A stretch of DNA of 64,000 nt from a virus: positions 10,106-74,105 of the IMG/VR virus record IMGVR_UViG_3300036817_000261, one strand, 5' to 3'. The number at the start of each line of letters is the position of its first letter. Within the stretch, counting starts at the first letter, position 1. The position numbers and the translations under genes were made by a program. The notes beneath the pieces were generated by a model that saw only the letters and a list, made by a program, of their open reading frames with translations, had not been told where the DNA came from and did not search any database. Of this stretch, positions 46,573 to 55,067 are shown in pieces.

Positions 46573-46766
46573 TCACTAGTCTTCTCTACCTTGTTATCGC
46601 AGCCATTGTTCTAGGGCTAATCTGGTGGGTCTGCACCCAGCTACCGTTTATGGCCCCTTTCGCACACATCATTCAGGTGCTGTGTGTCGTAGTCTTTGTC
46701 ATCTACGTCATTTACATTCTAATCGGCTTTATCGGAGCGGGAGGTCACGCCGCAGTGCCGCGATGA
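46569..46766 (+). CDS. small two-TM membrane protein
   Basis: Two hydrophobic helices with a QLP turn. Confidence 0.7.
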   Translation: MITSLLYLVIAAIVLGLIWWVCTQLPFMAPFAHIIQVLCVVVFVIYVIYILIGFIGAGGHAAVPR

Positions 46767-47578
46767 TCTCGCTGACGTTGCAGTGCTGCCCCTACGACGT
46801 GGAAGCAGCCATCGAGCTGACCCGCTTAATTGTTAAGACTCAAAAGGAACGCAAGGCCGGAGCAGAGTTTTTCTTAATCTACCGCAAGGATTGTCCGACC
46901 GGCATCATTAAAGAGTTCCAAGCAATCGCAGGCCAGAAGTTTAAAGCCCTGGCCTGTGTCGCCCGCAACCACGACACCGGCTGGCCGGGCGGCTCCAACA
47001 TGCTCGCGGCCAGCGCCTTTATCGAGATGGAGATCCTGCGCCGGAACGACACCGCCAGGAACGAAGCCTTTCTGCTTTTTGAGCCGGACTGTATCCCGAT
47101 GGCCGAGGACTGGATAGAACAGCTCTCGAGCGAATGGGACCGGGCTAAAGCCCTAGGCAAAGAGGCGACTGGTCACTGGCACCAACAGGGCGATGGCAGC
47201 ACCCTCCACATGAACGGCAACGCGATTTTCCGGTTCGACTACTTTGAGCGCCACCCGACCACAATAGTCGGCTGCGGCACCCAAGGGTGGGATTACTGGT
47301 TCAGAGACCGGATCATCCCGATTAGCTGTGACACCTATGCGATCTACCAGCTTTACCAGCGCCAATCGATCACGATAGAGGAATTGGCCACGGTTACGAA
47401 GCACGGTCGCCGACCGGCGCTGCTTCACGGGATCAAGGATTCGAGTGGCCGCAAAGCTGCCGAGGAGCTGATTTTTCCGTCACAAGTGCCTGAAAAACAG
47501 CAAAATTCTTTACTTATTCTTAAGGAAGAGGTGCCAGACGCACAAAATGTGCTTGCACCGATGCCTGTTGAGGAGTAA
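46763..47578 (+). CDS. glycosyltransferase-like protein
   Basis: GWPGGSN...LFEPDCIPM..DW...HMNGNAIF...GWD...LLHGIKD; ATGA start. Confidence 0.6.
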   Translation: MISLTLQCCPYDVEAAIELTRLIVKTQKERKAGAEFFLIYRKDCPTGIIKEFQAIAGQKFKALACVARNHDTGWPGGSNMLAASAFIEMEILRRNDTARNEAFLLFEPDCIPMAEDWIEQLSSEWDRAKALGKEATGHWHQQGDGSTLHMNGNAIFRFDYFERHPTTIVGCGTQGWDYWFRDRIIPISCDTYAIYQLYQRQSITIEELATVTKHGRRPALLHGIKDSSGRKAAEELIFPSQVPEKQQNSLLILKEEVPDAQNVLAPMPVEE

Positions 47579-47595
47579 GCCAAAAACTGCAGTTC

Positions 47596-47736
47596 GGCAG
47601 AATCTGCTCTCTTTTTCTGCCAAGGCCTGTCACCGGGGCCTCTAGAGTTGTTCGGGGTGCGTTAAGGGAATCAAGCTGGCGGGCGAGCCAGGAAACCGCA
47701 CCCCAATTCTGCCTTTTTACAGGCAACATCTCTAGA
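47596..47736 (+). promoter_or_regulatory. structured 5' leader of the major capsid gene
   Basis: Several stems, with mutually exclusive pairings of GGCAGAAT. Confidence 0.5.
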
Positions 47737-47746
47737 TCATAACGTT

Positions 47747-48988
47747 ATGGGCGACTGTATTGTAACCCCGGTCCAGGCCGTTGACTTTGCTAACAGAGAC
47801 AACAACAGGCTGGTCGGGCAGATCACAACTCTCATTATGCGGCGCGCGCCGTACAATGACACTCTCGATGGCGGCGTTTTCGAGAACGCTATTTCCGATC
47901 AGCAACGCAACGTAGTCGTTGAACGACCGATTCTGGGCCAGTCACTGGTTCTACCAGAATACATCAACGACACCGATTCCTGCGGCACCTTTGGACAGAT
48001 CGCGCAAGTCGGCACGACCGAATATGTAACTCGGTTAGGTACGCTTAGAGGTCGCGGCCCGAAGGTTTGCGTAAAGCAAATGCGCAGTGCGTTCCAGAAC
48101 TCATATGTCGCAGTTCAAGACTCACTCCAAAAGCAGTTACTCTATCTGGCTAACTGCGACGTGCGTTCTCAGCTGTTTTTACATAGCGGCGTTAAGGTTA
48201 AGATTAACCAGGGCCGCACGTTTGAGCAGATGGTCAACGGCGATGTGCAGATGATTGACGTTCCCGTCAATGACTCGACGCCGCCGGATGCAAACCTGAC
48301 CTTCTCGTTCCTGCAGTACTTGTTAGTTTTCGCACATGAAACTTTACTGTGCGAGAGCTTCGAATCCGAGAAGGGAACGGTAGCTAAATTCATCGGCGCA
48401 CAGACGCAATTGAACGTCTTCCGCGATGAACTCAATGTTCACCAAGACTTGCAGTACCTAACTACTGGCCGCTACGAGCTTGGTAATGAGTCCATAACCG
48501 GGTACTCCTGGGAAGGACCCTATAGAGGCATTGCATTTGGCATTGATCAGCAGCCTCTCAGGTTCAACCAGTTCACCGTCTTAAACGGCCAGCTGATTCC
48601 ACAGTTCATCGAGCCCGAGATTGCGGTGCCGGTGACCACGGGCTTCGGCGCGCGGACTAACCCAGCGTGGCTCTACGCTCAGTACGAGGTTGGTTTCCTC
48701 ATGTTCGCCAACTCGTTCCGCCGGTTAGTTCCCGAGCAATACTTAGGAGTTGGTGATTGGAAATTTCCGGCTCAATTCGCACAAGGCGAATTGGAGTTCA
48801 CGGTCATCCGCGACAACGACTGCAACACCTACGGCGATTACGGCTACCACATCTATCAGATGATCCGAGCCTATCGCCCGGAGCGCCCTCATGCCGTGAT
48901 TCCCATCATGTACAAGAGGTGCAACCCGACCTTCAACTTCCTAACCTGCCCGAGCTATCCTGGCTCTGCTAGCGGTTACGCGATGTAA
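47747..48988 (+). CDS. major capsid protein
   Basis: 413 aa in the head module, followed by a terminator; RPERPHAVIPIMYKRC C-terminus. Confidence 0.75.
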   Translation: MGDCIVTPVQAVDFANRDNNRLVGQITTLIMRRAPYNDTLDGGVFENAISDQQRNVVVERPILGQSLVLPEYINDTDSCGTFGQIAQVGTTEYVTRLGTLRGRGPKVCVKQMRSAFQNSYVAVQDSLQKQLLYLANCDVRSQLFLHSGVKVKINQGRTFEQMVNGDVQMIDVPVNDSTPPDANLTFSFLQYLLVFAHETLLCESFESEKGTVAKFIGAQTQLNVFRDELNVHQDLQYLTTGRYELGNESITGYSWEGPYRGIAFGIDQQPLRFNQFTVLNGQLIPQFIEPEIAVPVTTGFGARTNPAWLYAQYEVGFLMFANSFRRLVPEQYLGVGDWKFPAQFAQGELEFTVIRDNDCNTYGDYGYHIYQMIRAYRPERPHAVIPIMYKRCNPTFNFLTCPSYPGSASGYAM

Positions 48989-48994
48989 TCAAAT

Positions 48995-49026
48995 CAGGGC
49001 GGCGTCAAAGCCGCCCTGTTAGTTTT
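48995..49026 (+). terminator. intrinsic terminator after the major capsid gene
   Basis: CAGGGCGGC-N6-GCCGCCCTG-TTAGTTTT. Confidence 0.75.
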
Positions 49027-49142
49027 CCACCGGGAGGGGTCGGGAGTGGCCTTTAAACCCAAAACAGAAAGGAAACGCCAATTAGTTTTTCTTCAAGAAA
49101 CTAAAAAGAAAGTTCACGGCAATTCCTGGCCCCTCATTTTTT

Positions 49143-49478
49143 ATGAGCAAAACAATCGATCTCGGTAAAAGGCCTTCTGAGCTGGAGGACTCTATCATGC
49201 CCAGCAACAAAAAGGATGAGCCTTACTATCCTGACCTCTACATCGATAGCGATGATCCGAAGTTAGCTGACATCCCCGACAAAGGGGAGTGCATGATCAA
49301 GTATCGAGTGTGCAGCCGGACGCACCGGGAGGAAGGAAAGGATAAGGACAAGAAGCACTCCTGCTCAGTCCGCTTAGAGATCATGTCGATCACCCCTCCT
49401 GAAAAGGAGAAGAAGAAAAACGGCAGCTACGGCGAGGACGCCCGCAAAAGCTTTGGTGACTATTTCAAAGGCAAATGA
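49143..49478 (+). CDS. small charged head-associated protein
   Basis: IDLG...YYPDLYI...LEIMSI. Confidence 0.6.
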   Translation: MSKTIDLGKRPSELEDSIMPSNKKDEPYYPDLYIDSDDPKLADIPDKGECMIKYRVCSRTHREEGKDKDKKHSCSVRLEIMSITPPEKEKKKNGSYGEDARKSFGDYFKGK

Positions 49479-51349
49479 TTATCGCAAGTGAAGTCTTTAA
49501 TCAGGTTGGCCGGGTGCTAGGCACCTGCGACGACGGCTACGTCTATGACGTCTTAACTCGAGCGGTCGAGTTGCTCGCCAACAAGCCCACTAAAACTAAC
49601 ATCCTGTGGGATCCGATGCTGATCTATGTCGATATCCCCATTGTCCAGAATTACTACGTCTGTCTTCCGCCCCACGTCGAAAAGCCGGTTAAAGTTAACA
49701 TCAATAAGCAGCCAAGCTTCACCCGGAACCAGTTCTTTGAGTTCAGTATCAACGGGCCCGGCAGCCAGGACCCGGAATCAGGCTTTAGCTGGCAAGATCG
49801 AGGCTGGAACTGTTTGCAGAAGCCCTGGCCCGCCAGTGGCGACTACCTTTTTATTGGTTCGACTAACGCAAACGACAACAACACCCAGGTCCTAGTCAAC
49901 ATCATCAACCAAGATCATTCGACTACGTGGTTGACCGTCTTTATCGGCCAAGCCACGACAGTTAAAGCCTACGGGATTCAGGAAGTTTCTAAGCCGGTCA
50001 CTCAAGGCACCCTGCAGCTCTATTCGGGGCCTTTCATCATCCAGTCAAAGCTTGTGGCTAACTGGGGACCCACGGTGCTCTATCCCCAGTTTGAATGGAT
50101 CAAACTCTCGCAGGCCGGAGTCAGTGCGAAGATCTTAGCTCGCCGCCGGACCTATAAAATCACTTCTTCAACCGATGTCATCCCCCTCTCCAACCGCCAA
50201 GCCATCATAACCTCCTGCATCGCCATCAAAGCCTACGACACCCTCAACTGGGACGACGCAGCAACCGCAGAGCAGAATGCTTTTCGATTTCTGGACGAGG
50301 ATCAAGCAGCCCGGAACCTCTTCCAGAGAGTTTCCAACATGGCCGAAACCACTCCGACGCTTAATCTCCAGATCAACACCCGAGACGCGATCATCGTTGC
50401 CGACATCTACGACTTCGCCTGCGACGTCTTCGGCCCCATAGGCCAGCAGAAGATTTTCGACCGGATGACCGAGGCAATCGAGTTGCTGGCTAACCTCGGG
50501 CCTAACTGGGACCCCTTGATTGGTTACGTGGATATCCAGACCTGGGATTCCTTCTATGTGACGCTCCCCTACTACGTGGATCAGGTTTTGGCCATCAATG
50601 TGAATAAGTCGGTCGGCACCTTTCGTAATGAGTGGTTCGAATTCCACATGAACGGGTTGGGCCAAGACAACGATAATGCCGATGCGGTGGGCTCAAACCG
50701 CCCCTGCGGCGGCTGGGAAGAGGTGGGAGAGTTCCCATGCGCCTTTCCTTTATTCAGCCCGGCTTACTTGGTAGCGCAGCCGGTGAGCGCGGGCGACAAC
50801 GGGATCCTTATCCGAGCCTGGGGGATCGATCAGAATGATCTTCCGATCATGTCGGTCTCGGACGGTCGCCCAGGGGCCAGGATAAGTTGTGAGCAAACCG
50901 GCTACGACCTCTCGGATCAATCGGTCCCCTACAAGCGGGTTGACCGGATAGTGATCGAGGGAGCCAACCAGGGTTTCATCACCCTTTACGCAACCGATGG
51001 GACCCAACTATTGCAGAATTTAGGAACGTTCTGGCCGGGCGTCCCAGAGCCTCGGTTCCGGGTGATCAGGATCGGGCAAAAAGCGGTCACGATCCGCATG
51101 CGCTACAAGAAGCGGTGGCTCAAAATCTCAAGCCTTACTGACCCCATTCACATGCGCAGCCGTTCTGCCATGTTTAATGCGCTGCGCTCGATCCAGACGT
51201 CCACCACTGACCCTAATAGCGCCCAGGCCCTCCTTATGGCCGCAAAGACGCAGCTCAACCAAGAATGGCGCGCCACTCACCCGCAGGACGACTTAAGCCT
51301 GCAATTTGATCCATCGATCTGGGGAGGTTCGATGATCACGATGCCATGA
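49475..51349 (+). CDS. head-tail adaptor-like protein, internally duplicated
   Basis: Two ~300-aa homologous halves; position between capsid and nozzle genes. Confidence 0.65.
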   Translation: MIIASEVFNQVGRVLGTCDDGYVYDVLTRAVELLANKPTKTNILWDPMLIYVDIPIVQNYYVCLPPHVEKPVKVNINKQPSFTRNQFFEFSINGPGSQDPESGFSWQDRGWNCLQKPWPASGDYLFIGSTNANDNNTQVLVNIINQDHSTTWLTVFIGQATTVKAYGIQEVSKPVTQGTLQLYSGPFIIQSKLVANWGPTVLYPQFEWIKLSQAGVSAKILARRRTYKITSSTDVIPLSNRQAIITSCIAIKAYDTLNWDDAATAEQNAFRFLDEDQAARNLFQRVSNMAETTPTLNLQINTRDAIIVADIYDFACDVFGPIGQQKIFDRMTEAIELLANLGPNWDPLIGYVDIQTWDSFYVTLPYYVDQVLAINVNKSVGTFRNEWFEFHMNGLGQDNDNADAVGSNRPCGGWEEVGEFPCAFPLFSPAYLVAQPVSAGDNGILIRAWGIDQNDLPIMSVSDGRPGARISCEQTGYDLSDQSVPYKRVDRIVIEGANQGFITLYATDGTQLLQNLGTFWPGVPEPRFRVIRIGQKAVTIRMRYKKRWLKISSLTDPIHMRSRSAMFNALRSIQTSTTDPNSAQALLMAAKTQLNQEWRATHPQDDLSLQFDPSIWGGSMITMP

Positions 51350-51350
51350 T

Positions 51351-53198
51351 ATGGCTGCGCAGAACTACCAGATTATCTTGGACGGCCAGTATGTGGGCGG
51401 AGTTGATTCGCTGCTCTATCCGACTGACTTAGCTCAAGGCACCTACGCCTGGACAGTCAACACGGTTAACCGGGGTGGCATCGTGCAAACCCGGCCCGGT
51501 AAACGGCGCATCGTGTCTTTCTGTGGCAGGCGCGGCCAAGGCCATTACTGGGTCCGCACAATTGATGACCTCAACTACGAAATGGTGGCCATTGACGGCA
51601 AGGTTTACTGGGCAATAGCACCACTGGCTCAAGGCGGCAGCGCCTGGACCCAGCTAGCCGGAGTTAGTTTTAATCCTGATGCCCAATGGATCTACTTCTC
51701 GAATTCGGTCCAGGCCCTCAAATACGATGACGCTAACAACATCGTTGTTTTACCCAATCCAAAGAATGTCGTCTTCATGCAGGACGGCACCAGCCAGCCC
51801 TGCTACTGGGATTTGAGCGACTTTTCTAGCGGGATTGTCAACGAGAGCTATGTGACGGGCAACCCGCGCAAGCCCATGCCGATCGGCACGGCTATGCTTT
51901 GGCAGGATAACCGGCTCTGGTTAGCTCAAAATGAGTTAGTTTTTGCGAGCGATCTGCTTTACGGCGCTAGTTTCACCGAAGAAGGATATCTGGCCAGCCA
52001 GACGGGCTTCCGTTTCCCGCGCAAGGTCGTAAACCTCTACCCAGCGCCGGTCCAGGGAGTCAATGTCTACACCGATAGCTCTTTCCATGCGCTCCAGAGC
52101 TTTATTCAGGACCGGACCACTTGGTCAACCACTCCTAATTTCCAGAGCGATATTAACTTGGAAATCGGCCTCGTGGGGCCCTTCGCTTATGGGCTCTTGC
52201 ACGGCATGCCCTGGTTAATGACCCACCGGGGGATCATCAGCTATGACCGGGCACTCACCACTAACCTCTCCACGGTGATTCTGACGGCGGATGGTGAAAT
52301 GCAGCGCTCTAAGGACTTACTCGCCCCGGATATCAGCGGGATCACGCTTGGAGTCTGGGAAAACATCCTGCTAGTCGCAGTTCCGGCCAGCGCCCTCCAG
52401 AACCGGCACACTTGGATCATGGACGCCGGGATTGCCGAGAAACTCAATAACACTCAAGGGGCCTGTTGGAGCGGCATCTGGGTGGGAACTTTTCCTATTC
52501 AGTTTACTAGCCCGATCGTGAATGGCACCCAGCATAACTACGAGCTGGCTTATTCTGGAGGTTTCCTTGCTCTCAACGCTGGGGACAGCCCCAGCCCGCA
52601 GCCGGAAGGTACTATGGCCCTCCAGGCTAATATCCATCTGTGGGAAAACTTCATTCCTAATCAGATCGATAATAACGAGACCGATGTTAGCTGCAGCTTT
52701 GAGACCAAGGCTTTCACGCTGACAACCGACGACTACTACCGGTTCGTTTTCGCCGAATTCATGATTATTAACTTAAAAGGAGTGGTCCCGGTGCAGGTTT
52801 ATGTGACGGGCCTTGCCGGGAACTATCAGCCGCTTTTTTCGACGAGCTTGCGGGCCGACGTGGGGCCCTGGGGCAACCCCAGTCTCGAGACAGTCCTTTA
52901 CTACGTCGCTGAGGGCCGCACGACCGAGTTTGAGAACTATCGCAAACAGGTCCGGCACATGCGGACTAAAGAGTTCGTGGTCAACGAAGAGAATAATACG
53001 AGCGACGGCGCGGCCTGTGTCGAGATTGGTCGCCCGGATGGGATCGATAAAGCTTTCCAGATAATGATCCAGTGGCAGGGCCGGATGGGCATCCGCATGA
53101 TCAAATTCTTTTACGACCGGCAGCTGCAATCGCCCCAGGGTGTTTGCCCGGTCGACGAGTCCACCACCCCGCACATTGTTTTGGAGGCAACCGCATGA
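51351..53198 (+). CDS. tail nozzle/DNA stabilisation protein (tail tubular B-like)
   Basis: NTVNRGGIVQTRPG start, beta-propeller-like, QDNRLWLA. Confidence 0.7.
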   Translation: MAAQNYQIILDGQYVGGVDSLLYPTDLAQGTYAWTVNTVNRGGIVQTRPGKRRIVSFCGRRGQGHYWVRTIDDLNYEMVAIDGKVYWAIAPLAQGGSAWTQLAGVSFNPDAQWIYFSNSVQALKYDDANNIVVLPNPKNVVFMQDGTSQPCYWDLSDFSSGIVNESYVTGNPRKPMPIGTAMLWQDNRLWLAQNELVFASDLLYGASFTEEGYLASQTGFRFPRKVVNLYPAPVQGVNVYTDSSFHALQSFIQDRTTWSTTPNFQSDINLEIGLVGPFAYGLLHGMPWLMTHRGIISYDRALTTNLSTVILTADGEMQRSKDLLAPDISGITLGVWENILLVAVPASALQNRHTWIMDAGIAEKLNNTQGACWSGIWVGTFPIQFTSPIVNGTQHNYELAYSGGFLALNAGDSPSPQPEGTMALQANIHLWENFIPNQIDNNETDVSCSFETKAFTLTTDDYYRFVFAEFMIINLKGVVPVQVYVTGLAGNYQPLFSTSLRADVGPWGNPSLETVLYYVAEGRTTEFENYRKQVRHMRTKEFVVNEENNTSDGAACVEIGRPDGIDKAFQIMIQWQGRMGIRMIKFFYDRQLQSPQGVCPVDESTTPHIVLEATA

Positions 53199-53383
53199 GC
53201 AGCCCGCCTACACCTCCCAGCCAGGGAGTAGTTCATCTGGTGCCGCAAACCGGCATGCCGCCGGTCTACCAGAAACGTTCCAGGGAACTCATCTATGACG
53301 CTCTGCAAATGGACGTGAGATTCATCAAGAATCCCTTCGGCCCGCAGCTCCTGATCTTGTCACGACCTAACCATCACTGGTAG
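53195..53383 (+). CDS. small hypothetical protein
   Basis: ATGA coupling. Confidence 0.5.
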   Translation: MSSPPTPPSQGVVHLVPQTGMPPVYQKRSRELIYDALQMDVRFIKNPFGPQLLILSRPNHHW

Positions 53384-53386
53384 CCC

Positions 53387-54679
53387 ATGCCTATTTTCTC
53401 AGGTTACATTTCTTATGCGCCGTTTCCCGAAGGGTTCCAGGGAGACATGGACGAGACTTTCCAGCAGAGCGGCCAGCTGGCGATTATCTTCATCAGCGGG
53501 AACTTCTTAACCGGCCTCTATTATCCGATTGGGACAACTCCTGCTCCGACTTTGCCTACTAACGATGTAGGCCCGATTGCATCGAACGGCCAATGGTACT
53601 TCTGGGACCCGGTGACCGGCCAGTATCTGCCGCAATCGACCAGTGTCAGGCCCGCGAAGAATTACGCGAAGAACGCGATCTATCAAATCCAGCAGCTGGG
53701 CAGCTCGATCAATCTTTCCTCTGCCGGAGTTAATAAAACCTACGACATGGTTTTAAGCCGGGTGACCCAGCCCAATGTTTTAGAGATCACTTTGGACACG
53801 GGCCCGGCAGCAAGCGCGGACACGGATTTTATTGGGAGCGCCATCAAATACACGGTCGCGCCTGCTAACATAACTCCGCTCGCGGCCACCGATATTTTCG
53901 TCCATGAGCACCTAATTGAGGGCAGCGACATTGCCGGAATCAAGGGCGAGATTTTAAGCCTCGCTTTCAGTGTCTGGGTTAACCAGCCGGGCAACTATTC
54001 GGCTTATATCACTTCCAGCGGTCGGGATGCGAGCTACGTCTTTCCCTTCACTATCACGACCCCCAACAGCTGGACCCGGATCAAGATTAATAATATCCCG
54101 GCCTTCCCGCTAACGGTTGGCACTTGGCAGTTCGGGGAAGCCCAGACTGGCGTTTATGTGGGAGTGGTGATGGCGGTCGGTGCGCAGTACCAGACCGGGA
54201 ATCCGAAGCAATGGGTGGCAGGCTTTTTTGCTGGCACGGCAGCTAACTCCAATATGGTGGGAGTGCTCAATAACCAGATAAAGGTTACGGCGATCAAGCT
54301 CGAGGCTAGTGTCGCTTGCAGCTATTTTACAGCCAATAGCTTCGAGCAGGATTATAACGACGCTATCCGCTATTATTTCACGACTTTCACTTATCAATCG
54401 GTCACGGCAGGTGTCCTTGTAGCGGCTACATCCCATGCGATCAACGCAGTTCAGTTTAATTTCCTATTCCCACGCCGGATGGCCACTGTGCCGACAGTAA
54501 TACCGTATGGCAACAGCAGTCATACGGCAGGAGTAGTAAGCAATGTTAGTAATGGCATTGATTACGCCGCTGCCAGCCTAGGGGCTACTGCTAAAGGGAT
54601 CGTGAGTCTCGTCAGCGCAACTGCGACCAAAGCTGACGTGTTTTTAGCCTTTATCACTGCCGATGCAAGACTCTCCTGA
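53387..54679 (+). CDS. tail fibre/spike-like protein with beta-sandwich domain
   Basis: IEGSDI...LSLAFSV...IKLEA...RYYF...ADARL pattern of phage carbohydrate-binding tail proteins. Confidence 0.65.
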   Translation: MPIFSGYISYAPFPEGFQGDMDETFQQSGQLAIIFISGNFLTGLYYPIGTTPAPTLPTNDVGPIASNGQWYFWDPVTGQYLPQSTSVRPAKNYAKNAIYQIQQLGSSINLSSAGVNKTYDMVLSRVTQPNVLEITLDTGPAASADTDFIGSAIKYTVAPANITPLAATDIFVHEHLIEGSDIAGIKGEILSLAFSVWVNQPGNYSAYITSSGRDASYVFPFTITTPNSWTRIKINNIPAFPLTVGTWQFGEAQTGVYVGVVMAVGAQYQTGNPKQWVAGFFAGTAANSNMVGVLNNQIKVTAIKLEASVACSYFTANSFEQDYNDAIRYYFTTFTYQSVTAGVLVAATSHAINAVQFNFLFPRRMATVPTVIPYGNSSHTAGVVSNVSNGIDYAAASLGATAKGIVSLVSATATKADVFLAFITADARLS

Positions 54680-55064
54680 TAAAACCGGGATCTCCTTAAT
54701 CCGCATCAACAATGAGAAAGAGATGCGAAAGTGGAGCGTCGATCTGCTTTCCCGAGATCTGTGGGGTGGTGAGTGCCCGCGCCAGTACCCGGTTTATGTA
54801 GTCTTTCATCATGGTGAACCGGTCGGTTATTTTCTAGCTATCCAGCAGACGGTCGTTTATCCGGCGCTGCATCCCGAGCGGATCAGCCCACGCGACTTCC
54901 TTAAAATTACTCGCAGTCTGGTCACCGAAGTTAAGCGCATGACCGGCAATCCCCTGATCATGCTCTGCAAAAAAGACGCCGAGTTCGGAGAAAAGAATAT
55001 GAGACGAGTGCGGCTCAAAAAGGCGGAAGAAAACGCCTATATATACGACGAGGAGGCTAGTTAA
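54663..55064 (+). CDS. small protein preceding the internal virion genes (GNAT-like candidate)
   Basis: Position analogous to podovirus acetyltransferase-like genes; VVFHHGEPVGYF. Confidence 0.45.
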   Translation: MQDSPDKTGISLIRINNEKEMRKWSVDLLSRDLWGGECPRQYPVYVVFHHGEPVGYFLAIQQTVVYPALHPERISPRDFLKITRSLVTEVKRMTGNPLIMLCKKDAEFGEKNMRRVRLKKAEENAYIYDEEAS

Positions 55065-55067
55065 CCT

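Noticed and set aside
47747-48988. Assigning a host taxon (PVC-group bacteria suspected from weak SD signals and gene style)
   Set aside because: Impression only; needs homology or spacer matching
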